Shown here: piece after piece, positions 7,268 through 15,136 of the stretch
How positions within the stretch are numbered: position 1 is the stretch's first letter
How the letters are laid out: each line of letters starts with the position of its first letter
IMG/VR virus record: IMGVR_UViG_3300010259_000015
Coordinates: 1-15,138 of that record
Length of the DNA: 15,138 nt
DNA from: a virus
Lineage: Duplodnaviria > Heunggongvirae > Uroviricota > Caudoviricetes
Reading direction: 5' to 3' (one strand)
The notes under the pieces: model-generated
What the model was told of the DNA's origin: nothing
The model's input: only the letters and a program-made list of their open reading frames with translations
Databases searched by the model: none
Made by a program: the position numbers and the translations under genes

Positions 7268-7888
7268 ATGGCTAAGCCTGAAATTAAATATGACAATCCT
7301 GAATTGGATGTAAATTATGATTATGTCGGAATTGTTGACGGTTTAAGTTGTGACGACAGGAAAGAATTTGGCATCACAACTGAGCTGGGAAATTTGCTGA
7401 GAAGTGCGCAATTACCTGTAAAAGAGGCGCTAGTAAATACTAAGCAGGAGCTTCTTGATGCGTTAAGCACATTCCTTAAAGATGCTATGAATGGTCAGCG
7501 TTTCATGCTCCATTTTGTAGCTCATGGAAACGAAAAAGGAATACAAATTGGTACTGACTTTGTGACTTGGGATATTTTACGTCCGCATTTGCAAGAAATC
7601 AATGTAGCAACGGAACGAACACTACTTTTGAATATGAGTACGTGTAAAGGTCTTCATGGAGTTAAGATTGTCGGTGGGAATGGTGAGTATCCTTTTTTTG
7701 GTTTAATTGGTGCGAAAGATGATTTATATGTGATTGATGCGCTAAATGCAAATAAAATAATGTATTGCAAGTGGCTTGATAACCTACCAGTTCAAAAGAT
7801 TGTTCCCGAGACAAATGCGGAACTTGGTAAGGACGTTTTGTTTAATATTTCATCTGAAGGGTTTAGGAAATTAACTAACCCTGAGTGA
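7268..7888 (+). CDS. AT-rich cargo gene at the G/FI (Z/fun) hotspot: ~206-aa protein with caspase-like (clan CD cysteine peptidase) His/Cys dyad motifs; function unknown, candidate anti-phage/exclusion factor
   Basis: ORF track starts at a TTG (7247); the ATG at 7268 follows an AAGGA Shine-Dalgarno (7257-7261) with a 6-nt spacer (an ATG at 7262 is also possible). Motifs hydrophobic strand + HG (FMLHFVAHGNEKGIQIGTD) and, 40 residues later, hydrophobic strand + C-x-G (TLLLNMSTCKG), resembling caspase SHG...GIxYGTDG and QACxG signatures. Strongly AT-rich island. Confidence 0.7.
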   Translation: MAKPEIKYDNPELDVNYDYVGIVDGLSCDDRKEFGITTELGNLLRSAQLPVKEALVNTKQELLDALSTFLKDAMNGQRFMLHFVAHGNEKGIQIGTDFVTWDILRPHLQEINVATERTLLLNMSTCKGLHGVKIVGGNGEYPFFGLIGAKDDLYVIDALNANKIMYCKWLDNLPVQKIVPETNAELGKDVLFNISSEGFRKLTNPE

Positions 7889-8073
7889 CACTTTTTCTTT
7901 CACTCATAATAATTATCAAATAGTGGATGGATTTGATGGAAATTAAGTACTTAGTCTGGTGGGATGTGTGTAAGATTAACTTCCGCTCCTCGCCCAAAGC
8001 AGACTGTCAGATTTGATAGTGTTTCGGCTATGTAAATAGTCAGTCGGAAAATGAGTTTGTACAAATCAGGACA

Positions 8074-8100
8074 GGCGGGCGAATTGCCCGCCTTTTCTTT
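8074..8100 (+). terminator. Rho-independent terminator downstream of the cargo gene / V-operon
   Basis: GC-rich hairpin GGCGGGC-gaatt-GCCCGCC (8074-8092) followed by the T-run TTTTCTTT (8093-8100). Confidence 0.8.
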
Positions 8101-8103
8101 ATC

Positions 8104-8124
8104 TGTTGTTTCATCCCCTGACCA
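8104..8124 (+). promoter_or_regulatory. Candidate Ogr-dependent late promoter element upstream of FI (TGTTGT-N11-ACCA)
   Basis: Same TGTTGT hexamer as upstream of V, followed 11 nt later by ACCA; sits just after the terminator and about 75-95 bp upstream of the FI start; SD GGAG at 8186-8189. Confidence 0.4.
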
Positions 8125-8197
8125 GCCAGGACAAATAGCATCTCATGCCCTGCACAACTGAAAATACCACTCACCCATTAACCACGGAGTTAAACGG

Positions 8198-9388
8198 ATG
8201 AGTGACTATCATCACGGCGTGCAGGTGCTGGAGATTAACGACGGCACCCGCGTCATTTCCACCGTATCCACGGCCATTGTCGGCATGGTCTGCACGGCCA
8301 GCGATGCGGATGCGGAAACCTTCCCCCTCAATAAACCGGTGCTGATTACCAATGTGCAGAGCGCAATTGCAAAGGCCGGTAAAAAAGGCACGCTGGCGGC
8401 GTCGTTACAGGCCATCGCAGACCAGTCAAAACCGGTCACCGTTGTTGTGCGCGTGGAAGACGGCACCGGCGACGACGAAGAAACGAAACTCGCGCAGACC
8501 GTTTCCAATATCATCGGCACCACCGACGAAAACGGTCAGTACACCGGACTGAAAGCCCTGCTGGCGGCGGAGTCGGTAACCGGTGTTAAACCGCGTATTC
8601 TCGGCGTGCCGGGACTGGATACCAAAGAGGTGGCTGTTGCACTGGCATCAGTCTGTCAGAAGCTGCGCGCTTTCGGGTATATCAGCGCATGGGGCTGTAA
8701 AACCATTTCTGAGGTGAAAGCCTACCGCCAGAATTTCAGCCAGCGTGAGCTGATGGTCATCTGGCCGGATTTCCTCGCATGGGATACGGTCACCAGTACC
8801 ACCGCCACCGCGTATGCCACCGCCCGTGCGCTGGGGCTGCGCGCTAAAATCGACCAGGAGCAGGGCTGGCATAAAACGCTGTCCAATGTCGGGGTGAACG
8901 GTGTTACCGGCATCAGCGCATCTGTATTCTGGGATTTGCAGGAGTCCGGCACCGATGCTGACCTGCTTAACGAGTCAGGTGTCACTACGCTGATTCGCCG
9001 TGACGGTTTCCGCTTCTGGGGTAACCGTACCTGCTCTGATGACCCGCTGTTCCTCTTTGAAAACTACACCCGCACCGCGCAGGTGCTGGCCGACACGATG
9101 GCTGAGGCGCACATGTGGGCGGTGGACAAGCCCATCACCGCAACGCTGATTCGCGACATCGTTGACGGCATCAATGCCAAATTCCGTGAGCTGAAAACAA
9201 ACGGCTATATCGTGGATGCGACCTGCTGGTTCAGCGAAGAATCCAACGATGCGGAAACCCTCAAGGCCGGAAAACTGTATATCGACTACGACTATACACC
9301 GGTGCCTCCTCTTGAAAACCTGACCCTGCGCCAGCGTATTACCGATAAATACCTGGCAAATCTGGTCACCTCGGTTAACAGCAATTAA
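8198..9388 (+). CDS. FI: Contractile tail sheath protein FI
   Basis: 396-aa ORF; length and order match P2 gpFI; SD GGAG 8 nt upstream. Confidence 0.92.
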   Translation: MSDYHHGVQVLEINDGTRVISTVSTAIVGMVCTASDADAETFPLNKPVLITNVQSAIAKAGKKGTLAASLQAIADQSKPVTVVVRVEDGTGDDEETKLAQTVSNIIGTTDENGQYTGLKALLAAESVTGVKPRILGVPGLDTKEVAVALASVCQKLRAFGYISAWGCKTISEVKAYRQNFSQRELMVIWPDFLAWDTVTSTTATAYATARALGLRAKIDQEQGWHKTLSNVGVNGVTGISASVFWDLQESGTDADLLNESGVTTLIRRDGFRFWGNRTCSDDPLFLFENYTRTAQVLADTMAEAHMWAVDKPITATLIRDIVDGINAKFRELKTNGYIVDATCWFSEESNDAETLKAGKLYIDYDYTPVPPLENLTLRQRITDKYLANLVTSVNSN

Positions 9389-9400
9389 GGAGCCTGACCG

Positions 9401-9919
9401 ATGGCAATGCCGCGCAAACTCAAGTTAATGAACGTCTTTCTGAACGGCTACAGCTATCAGGGCGTTGCAAAGTCCGTCACGCTGCCAAAACTGACCCGTA
9501 AGCTTGAAAACTATCGCGGTGCGGGGATGAACGGCAGCGCACCGGTAGACCTCGGCCTTGATGACGATGCGCTGTCAATGGAGTGGTCGCTCGGGGGCTT
9601 CCCGGATTCGGTTATCTGGGAGCTTTACGCAGCAACCGGTGTGGATGCCGTGCCGATTCGTTTTGCAGGCTCTTACCAGCGCGACGATACCGGCGAAACG
9701 GTGGCCGTCGAGGTGGTCATGCGTGGACGTCAGAAAGAAATCGACACCGGCGAGGGTAAACAGGGAGAAGACACCGAGTCGAAAATCTCCGTGGTCTGCA
9801 CCTATTTCCGGCTGACGATGGACGGTAAGGAGCTGGTCGAAATCGACACCATCAACATGATTGAGAAGGTGAACGGCGTCGACCGGCTGGAGCAACACCG
9901 CCGCAATATCGGCCTGTGA
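9401..9919 (+). CDS. FII: Tail tube protein FII
   Basis: 172-aa ORF 12 nt after FI with SD AAGGAG; length and order match P2 gpFII. Confidence 0.92.
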   Translation: MAMPRKLKLMNVFLNGYSYQGVAKSVTLPKLTRKLENYRGAGMNGSAPVDLGLDDDALSMEWSLGGFPDSVIWELYAATGVDAVPIRFAGSYQRDDTGETVAVEVVMRGRQKEIDTGEGKQGEDTESKISVVCTYFRLTMDGKELVEIDTINMIEKVNGVDRLEQHRRNIGL

Positions 9920-9975
9920 TTTTCATCCGGTCAGCCAGGCTGACCGGTTAACCCCGATTCAGAAGTGAGAAAACC

Positions 9976-10251
9976 ATGAACAAAGAAAATGTCATTACCC
10001 TGGACAATCCGGTCAAACGTGGTGAGCAGGTCATCGAACAGGTCACGCTGATGAAACCCAATGCCGGGACGCTGCGCGGTGTCAGTCTGGCTGCGGTTGC
10101 AAACTCCGAAGTCGATGCACTGATTAAGGTGCTGCCGCGCATGACGGCACCGATGCTGACCGAGCAGGAAGTCGCCGCGCTGGAACTGCCTGACCTTGTG
10201 GCGCTGGCCGGTAAGGTGGTCGGTTTTTTGTCGCCGAACTCGGTGCAGTGA
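9976..10251 (+). CDS. E: Tail assembly chaperone E
   Basis: 91-aa ORF between the tail tube and tape measure genes; length matches P2 gpE. Confidence 0.88.
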   Translation: MNKENVITLDNPVKRGEQVIEQVTLMKPNAGTLRGVSLAAVANSEVDALIKVLPRMTAPMLTEQEVAALELPDLVALAGKVVGFLSPNSVQ

Positions 10252-10403
10252 CGTTTCCGAAAAATCTGTCGGTCGATGACCTGATGGCGGATGTGGCAGT
10301 GATATTTCACTGGCCGCCATCAGAACTGTATCCCATGAGCCTGACCGAACTCATCACATGGCGCGAAAAGGCGCTCAGGCGAAGCGGAAACACGAATGAG
10401 TAA
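9976..10403 (+). CDS. E': Tail assembly chaperone E+E' fusion produced by programmed -1 frameshift at the TTTTTTG slippery heptamer (10224-10230)
   Basis: Six T then G at 10224-10230 near the end of E; the -1 frame stays open to a TAA at 10401-10403, giving about 142 aa, the size of P2 E+E'; the extension overlaps the T start, as is conserved in tail chaperone/tape-measure modules. Confidence 0.75.
10224..10230 (+). other. Slippery heptamer TTTTTTG (programmed -1 ribosomal frameshift site)
   Basis: Direct sequence observation within the last codons of E; the -1 frame downstream is open for about 58 codons. Confidence 0.75.
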
Positions 10404-12843
10404 CAATGTAAAATTACAGGTATTGCTCAGGGCTGTTGACCAGGCATCCCGCCCGTTTAAATCCATCCGCACAGCGAGTAAGTCGCTGTCGGGGGATATC
10501 CGGGAAACACAAAAATCACTGCGCGAGCTGAATGGTCACGCATCCCGTATTGAGGGATTTCGCAAGACCAGCGCACAGCTTGCCGTGACTGGTCATGCAC
10601 TTGAAAAGGCACGGCAGGAAGCCGAAGCACTTGCCACACAGTTTAAAAACACTGAACGTCCAACCCGTGCTCAGGCGAAAGTGCTGGAATCCGCAAAGCG
10701 TGCGGCGGAGGACTTACAGGCGAAATATAACCGCCTGACGGATTCCGTTAAGCGCCAGCAGCGGGAACTGGCCGCTGTGGGAATTAATACCCGCAATCTT
10801 GCACATGATGAGCAGGGACTGAAAAATCGTATCAGTGAAACCACCGTACAGCTTAACCGTCAGCGCGACGCACTGGCGCGTGTCAGTGCACAACAGGCAA
10901 AACTTAACGCAGTCAGACAGCGTTATCAGGCCGGAAAGGAACTGGCCGGAAATATGGCCTCAGTGGGCGCTGCCGGTGTGGGGATTGCGGCGGCGGGAAC
11001 GATGGCCGGAGTTAAGTTGCTGATGCCCGGTTATGAGTTTGCGCAGAAAAACTCAGAATTGCAGGCCGTGCTCGGAGTGGCAAAAGACTCCGCCGAAATG
11101 GCCGCGCTCCGCAAGCAGGCGCGCCAGCTCGGCGACAATACCGCAGCCTCGGCGGATGATGCGGCCGGTGCGCAGATTATCATTGCGAAAGCGGGTGGAG
11201 ATGCTGCGGCTATTCAGGCGGCAACGCCGGTCACGCTGAATATGGCGCTGGCGAACCGTCGCACGATGGAAGAAAACGCCGCCCTGCTGATGGGGATGAA
11301 ATCCGCCTTTCAGCTTTCAAACGATAAGGTCGCTCATATCGGGGATGTTCTCTCCATGACGATGAACAAAACCGCCGCCGATTTTGACGGCATGAGCGAT
11401 GCGCTGACCTATGCCGCACCTGTGGCAAAAAATGCCGGTGTCAGTATTGAAGAAACCGCCGCAATGGTCGGGGCGCTGCATGACGCAAAAATTACTGGTT
11501 CAATGGCGGGGACGGGAAGCCGTGCCGTGTTAAGCCGCCTGCAGGCACCGACGGGAAAAGCATGGGATGCACTGAAAGAGCTTGGTGTGAAAACCTCAGA
11601 CAGCAAGGGAAACACCCGACCAGTATTTACCATTCTGAAAGAAATGCAGGCCAGTTTTGAGAAAAACCGGCTTGGTACTGCCCAGCAGGCTGAATACATG
11701 AAAACCATTTTCGGGGAGGAGGCCAGCTCAGCCGCCGCTGTGCTGATGACTGCCGCCTCAACCGGAAAGCTGGACAAACTGACCGCTGCGTTTAAAGCCT
11801 CAGACGGGAAGACCGCAGAGCTGGTAAATATCATGCAGGACAACCTCGGCGGTGACTTTAAGGAGTTTCAGTCCGCTTATGAGGCGGTGGGGACTGACCT
11901 GTTTGACCAGCAGGAAGGCGCACTGCGTAAGCTCACGCAGACGGCCACAAAGTATGTGTTAAAACTCGACGGCTGGATACAGAAAAACAAATCACTGGCG
12001 TCAACCATTGGCCTCATTGCCGGTGGCGCGCTGGCGCTGACTGGCATCATCGGTGCCATTGGCCTCGTGGCCTGGCCGGTTATCACCGGCATCAATGCCA
12101 TCATCGCGGCAGCAGGCGCAATGGGGGCAATCTTCACGACGGTTGGCAGTGCCGTTATGACGGCCATCGGGGCGATTAGCTGGCCGGTTGTGGCCGTGGT
12201 GGCTGCAATTGTCGCCGGGGCGTTGCTTATCCGTAAATACTGGGAGCCTGTCAGCGCATTCTTCGGCGGTGTGGTGGAAGGGCTGAAAGCGGCATTTGCG
12301 CCGGTGGGAGAACTGTTCACGCCACTTAAGCCGGTGTTTGACTGGCTGGGTGAAAAGTTACAGGCTGCGTGGCAGTGGTTTAAAAACCTGATTGCACCGG
12401 TCAAAGCCACCCGGGATACCCTGAACCGTTGCCGTGACACGGGCGTCATGTTCGGGCAGGCACTGGCTGACGCGCTGATGCTGCCGCTTAATGCGTTCAA
12501 CAAATTACGCAGCGGCATTGACTGGGTACTGGAAAAGCTCGGGGTCATCAACAAAGAGTCAGACACACTTGACCAGACCGCCGCCAGAACTCATGCCGCC
12601 ACGTATGGCACCGGTGGTTATATTCCGGCGACCAGCTCTTATGCAGGCTATCAGGCTTATCTGCCGGTCACGGCACCGGCTGGCCGCTCTTATGTGGACC
12701 AGAGTAAAAACGAATATCACATCAGCCTGACGGGTGGTACTGAGCCGGGGACACAGCTTGACCGCCAGTTACAGGATGCGCTCGAAAAATACGAGCGGGA
12801 TAAACGTGCGCGCGCCCGTGCCAGCATGATGCATGACGGTTAA
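10396..12843 (+). CDS. T: Tail tape measure protein T
   Basis: 815-aa ORF; Ala/Gln-rich coiled-coil-like N-terminal half, long hydrophobic Gly/Ala/Ile-rich segment (about residues 530-610) typical of tape measure proteins; length matches P2 gpT. Confidence 0.92.
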   Translation: MSNNVKLQVLLRAVDQASRPFKSIRTASKSLSGDIRETQKSLRELNGHASRIEGFRKTSAQLAVTGHALEKARQEAEALATQFKNTERPTRAQAKVLESAKRAAEDLQAKYNRLTDSVKRQQRELAAVGINTRNLAHDEQGLKNRISETTVQLNRQRDALARVSAQQAKLNAVRQRYQAGKELAGNMASVGAAGVGIAAAGTMAGVKLLMPGYEFAQKNSELQAVLGVAKDSAEMAALRKQARQLGDNTAASADDAAGAQIIIAKAGGDAAAIQAATPVTLNMALANRRTMEENAALLMGMKSAFQLSNDKVAHIGDVLSMTMNKTAADFDGMSDALTYAAPVAKNAGVSIEETAAMVGALHDAKITGSMAGTGSRAVLSRLQAPTGKAWDALKELGVKTSDSKGNTRPVFTILKEMQASFEKNRLGTAQQAEYMKTIFGEEASSAAAVLMTAASTGKLDKLTAAFKASDGKTAELVNIMQDNLGGDFKEFQSAYEAVGTDLFDQQEGALRKLTQTATKYVLKLDGWIQKNKSLASTIGLIAGGALALTGIIGAIGLVAWPVITGINAIIAAAGAMGAIFTTVGSAVMTAIGAISWPVVAVVAAIVAGALLIRKYWEPVSAFFGGVVEGLKAAFAPVGELFTPLKPVFDWLGEKLQAAWQWFKNLIAPVKATRDTLNRCRDTGVMFGQALADALMLPLNAFNKLRSGIDWVLEKLGVINKESDTLDQTAARTHAATYGTGGYIPATSSYAGYQAYLPVTAPAGRSYVDQSKNEYHISLTGGTEPGTQLDRQLQDALEKYERDKRARARASMMHDG

Positions 12844-12857
12844 GGAGGTGACGAAAA

Positions 12858-13337
12858 ATGATGCTCGCGTTAGGTATGTTTGTTTTTATGCGCCAGACGC
12901 TGCCACACCAGACCATGCAGCGTGAATCAGATTATCGCTGGCCGTCAAATTCCCGTATCGGCAAACGGGATGCCTTTCAGTTTCTCGGTGTGGGTGAGGA
13001 AAACATCACGCTTGCCGGTGTGCTTTATCCTGAACTGACCGGCGGAAAGCTGACGATGACCACGCTCAGACTGATGGCAGAGGAAGGCCGGGCGTGGCCG
13101 TTGCTGGATGGCACCGGCATGATTTACGGCATGTATGTCATCAGCAGGGTGAGTGAAACAGGGTGTATTTTCTTTGCAGACGGCACACCCCGGAAAATTG
13201 ATTTTACGCTGTCACTCACCCGCGTTGACGAATCACTGGCCGCGCTTTATGGCGATATCGGTAAACAGGCGGAATCGCTCATCGGTAAGGCTGGCAGTAT
13301 GGCGACTAAATTCACAGGTATGACGGGGGCGGGATAA
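12858..13337 (+). CDS. U: Tail protein U
   Basis: 159-aa ORF with strong SD TAAGGAGGTG upstream; length and order match P2 gpU; stop overlaps D start (TAATG). Confidence 0.9.
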   Translation: MMLALGMFVFMRQTLPHQTMQRESDYRWPSNSRIGKRDAFQFLGVGEENITLAGVLYPELTGGKLTMTTLRLMAEEGRAWPLLDGTGMIYGMYVISRVSETGCIFFADGTPRKIDFTLSLTRVDESLAALYGDIGKQAESLIGKAGSMATKFTGMTGAG

Positions 13338-14500
13338 TGCTGGATGCACTGACATTTGATGCAGGCAGTACGCTGACGCCGGATTACATGCTGATGCTCG
13401 ACAGCAGGGATATTACCGGCAATATCAGCGACCGTCTGATGAGCATGACTCTGACGGATAACCGGGGCTTTGAGGCTGACCAGCTTGATATTGAACTGAA
13501 CGATGCCGACGGGCAGGTCGAACTGCCGGTTCGTGGCGCTGTCCTGACGGTGTATATCGGCTGGAAAGGTTTTGCCCTGGTATGCAAAGGGAAATTCACC
13601 GTTGATGAGGTAGAACACCGGGGCGCGCCGGATGTGGTCACCATCCGGGCCCGGAGTGCAGATTTTCGTGGCACGCTCAATTCCCGCCGTGAAGGCTCCT
13701 GGCATGACACCACGCTCGGTGCGATTGTTGAGGCGATAGCCTCCCGTAACAGGCTGGAAGCCAGTGTCGCTCCGTCACTGGCCGGAATTAAAATCCCGCA
13801 CATCGACCAGTCGCAGGAGTCTGATGCTAAATTCCTGACCCGTCTTGCTGAACGCAACGGCGGTGAGGTGTCGGTAAAAATGGGAAAACTGCTGTTTCTC
13901 AAAGCGGGGCAGGGGGTGACGGCCAGCGGTAAAAAAATCCCGCAGATTACCATCACCCGCAGCGACGGCGACCGCCATCATTTTGCGATTGCTGACCGTG
14001 GAGCCTATACCGGCGTAACGGCAAAGTGGTTACACACCAAAGACCCGAAGCCACAAAAGCTGAAGGTAAAACTGAAGCGCAAAAAGAAAGAGAAACACCT
14101 GCGCGCACTGGAGCACCCGAAAGCAAAACCGGTCACGCAGAAGAAAGCGCCAAAAGTACCGGAAGCGCGCGAAGGTGAATACATGGCCGGTGAGGCTGAC
14201 AACGTTTTTGCCCTGACTACGGTATATGCCACGAAAGCGCAGGCCATGCGCGCAGCTCAGGCGAAGTGGGATAAACTGCAACGGGGTGTGGCGGAGTTCT
14301 CCATCAGCCTGGCTACCGGTCGGGCAGATATTTACACGGAAACACCGGTCAGAGTGTCAGGCTTTAAGCGCGTCATAGACGAGCAGGACTGGACTATCAC
14401 TAAGGTGACACATTTTCTGAATAATAGCGGCTTCACGACGTCCTTGGAGCTTGAGGTCAGGCTTTCTGATGTGGAGTACGAAACAGAAGATGATGAGTGA
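13337..14500 (+). CDS. D: Tail protein D
   Basis: 387-aa ORF; length and order match P2 gpD; contains a Lys-rich low-complexity linker (about residues 235-280). Confidence 0.9.
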   Translation: MLDALTFDAGSTLTPDYMLMLDSRDITGNISDRLMSMTLTDNRGFEADQLDIELNDADGQVELPVRGAVLTVYIGWKGFALVCKGKFTVDEVEHRGAPDVVTIRARSADFRGTLNSRREGSWHDTTLGAIVEAIASRNRLEASVAPSLAGIKIPHIDQSQESDAKFLTRLAERNGGEVSVKMGKLLFLKAGQGVTASGKKIPQITITRSDGDRHHFAIADRGAYTGVTAKWLHTKDPKPQKLKVKLKRKKKEKHLRALEHPKAKPVTQKKAPKVPEAREGEYMAGEADNVFALTTVYATKAQAMRAAQAKWDKLQRGVAEFSISLATGRADIYTETPVRVSGFKRVIDEQDWTITKVTHFLNNSGFTTSLELEVRLSDVEYETEDDE

Positions 14501-14581
14501 TGTTTTTATTTTATCTATTTGTTTTATAAGGATAAATTAACTAAAATGGCACCATCAACAAAACCGGAAGAGGTGCTCGCG

Positions 14582-14800
14582 ATGTTTCATTGTCCTTTAT
14601 GCCAGCATGCCGCACATGCGCGTACAAGCCGCTATATCACTGACACGACAAAAGAGCGTTATCACCAGTGCCAGAACGTGAATTGCAGCGCCACGTTCAT
14701 CACTTATGAGTCGGTACAGCGATACATCGTGAAGCCGGGAGAAGTCCACGCCGTGAGGCCGCACCCGTTGCCGTCAGGGCAGCAAATTATGTGGATGTAA
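14582..14800 (+). CDS. ogr: Late-gene transcriptional activator Ogr (zinc-finger)
   Basis: ORF track begins at a TTG (14519), but the ATG at 14582 gives MFHCPLCQHAAHARTSRY...CQNVNCSATF... of 72 aa with CxxC...CxxxxC zinc-binding cysteines, matching P2 Ogr in size and N-terminus as recalled. Confidence 0.88.
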   Translation: MFHCPLCQHAAHARTSRYITDTTKERYHQCQNVNCSATFITYESVQRYIVKPGEVHAVRPHPLPSGQQIMWM

Positions 14801-14810
14801 TTACAAACAG

Positions 14811-14838
14811 AAAGCCCCTCAGTCGAGGGGCTTTTTTT
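14811..14838 (+). terminator. Rho-independent terminator after ogr
   Basis: Hairpin AGCCCCTC-agtc-GAGGGGCT (14813-14832) followed by a run of seven T (14832-14838). Confidence 0.85.
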
Positions 14839-14902
14839 GTCGATGTGGTCAATGTGTGGACGTGACCAGAAATAAATCCTTTTATTTCATTGAATTACGC
14901 GT

Positions 14903-14929
14903 AAAAAATAAGCCCGTGTAAGGGAGATT
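14903..14929. other. P2-type attachment core (attR) AAAAAATAAGCCCGTGTAAGGGAGATT; prophage/host junction
   Basis: Exact 27-mer that I recall as the P2 att core; lies 100 bp after ogr and coincides with the terminator hairpin and U-tail of cyaR on the opposite strand. Confidence 0.6.
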
Positions 14930-14989
14930 ACACAGGCTAAGGAGGTGGTTCCTGGTACAGCTAGCATTTTATGGGTTATGTTTTTCAGC
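14903..14989 (-). ncRNA. cyaR: CyaR (RyeE) Hfq-dependent sRNA, CRP-cAMP activated
   Basis: Minus-strand sequence GCTGAAAAACATAACCCATAAAATGCTAGCTGTACCAGGAACCACCTCCTTAGCCTGTGTAATCTCCCTTACACGGGCTTATTTTTT matches the E. coli CyaR sequence as recalled, including the conserved CCACCTCCTT anti-SD-like seed and the 3' terminator hairpin plus U-run. Confidence 0.8.
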
Positions 14990-15045
14990 GAAACGGATGA
15001 TAACCTTAATAAATGCAGCTGTATGTGATCGGTTTCTAAGAATTT
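14990..15045 (-). promoter_or_regulatory. cyaR promoter with class II CRP site (TGTGA-N6-TCTAA on + strand at 15024-15039)
   Basis: CRP half-site TCACA (minus strand) centred about 42 bp upstream of the inferred +1 at 14989; TATCAT-like -10 on the minus strand; consistent with the known CRP dependence of cyaR. Confidence 0.5.
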
Positions 15046-15073
15046 TCCATCCGGGAAAAATAATCGAAATTAA

Positions 15074-15136
15074 TCACTTACCGTGGGGATTACGCGTGGT
15101 TTCCCCGGAGAAATTACGCATCAGCAGCGCGTAATT
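15074..15136 (-). CDS. 3' end of a host gene upstream of cyaR (5' part beyond window); identity not determinable here
   Basis: Minus-strand frame open from the window edge to a TGA at 15074-15076 (reads ...NYALLMRNFSGETTRNPHGK-stop); only 21 codons visible. Confidence 0.25.
   Translation of the reverse strand, partial: NYALLMRNFSGETTRNPHGK

Larger units (their letters stand above)
1..14929. mobile_element. P2-like prophage, late-gene region through right attachment site (left end truncated by window)
   Basis: Uninterrupted P2 gene order lysB/C-R-S-V-W-J-I-H-G-FI-FII-E-T-U-D-ogr on + strand, protein lengths matching P2 from memory (R 155, S 150, V 211, W 115, J 302, I 176, G 175, FI 396, FII 172, E 91, T 815, U 159, D 387, Ogr 72); ends at a 27-bp att core that overlaps the 3' end of host cyaR. 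Confidence 0.88.

Noticed and set aside
7268-7888. Alternative reading of the HG...C-x-G motifs as an alpha/beta-hydrolase oxyanion hole plus nucleophile elbow
   Set aside because: An alpha/beta-hydrolase triad needs an acid and a His after the nucleophile; there is no His downstream of Cys133 other than the one two residues later, and the His-then-Cys order with about 40-residue spacing fits the caspase fold better.
7936-8016. 26-codon ORF (MEIKYLVWWDVCKINFRSSPKADCQI) downstream of the cargo gene
   Set aside because: No Shine-Dalgarno sequence and a short chance ORF in AT-rich DNA; kept only as a note.
11877-12566. 229-aa minus-strand ORF inside tape measure gene T (similar long antisense ORFs at 13384..13956, 2189..2629, 3438..3938, 9575..9898)
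   Set aside because: All lie entirely antisense within conserved, GC-rich phage structural genes, where long spurious ORFs are expected; Ala/Ser/Pro-rich low-complexity translations and no ribosome-binding sites.
14519-14581. N-terminal extension of ogr shown in the ORF track (TTG start, 93 aa)
   Set aside because: The extension starts at a TTG with no ribosome-binding site; the internal ATG at 14582 gives the canonical 72-aa Ogr beginning MFHCPLCQ.
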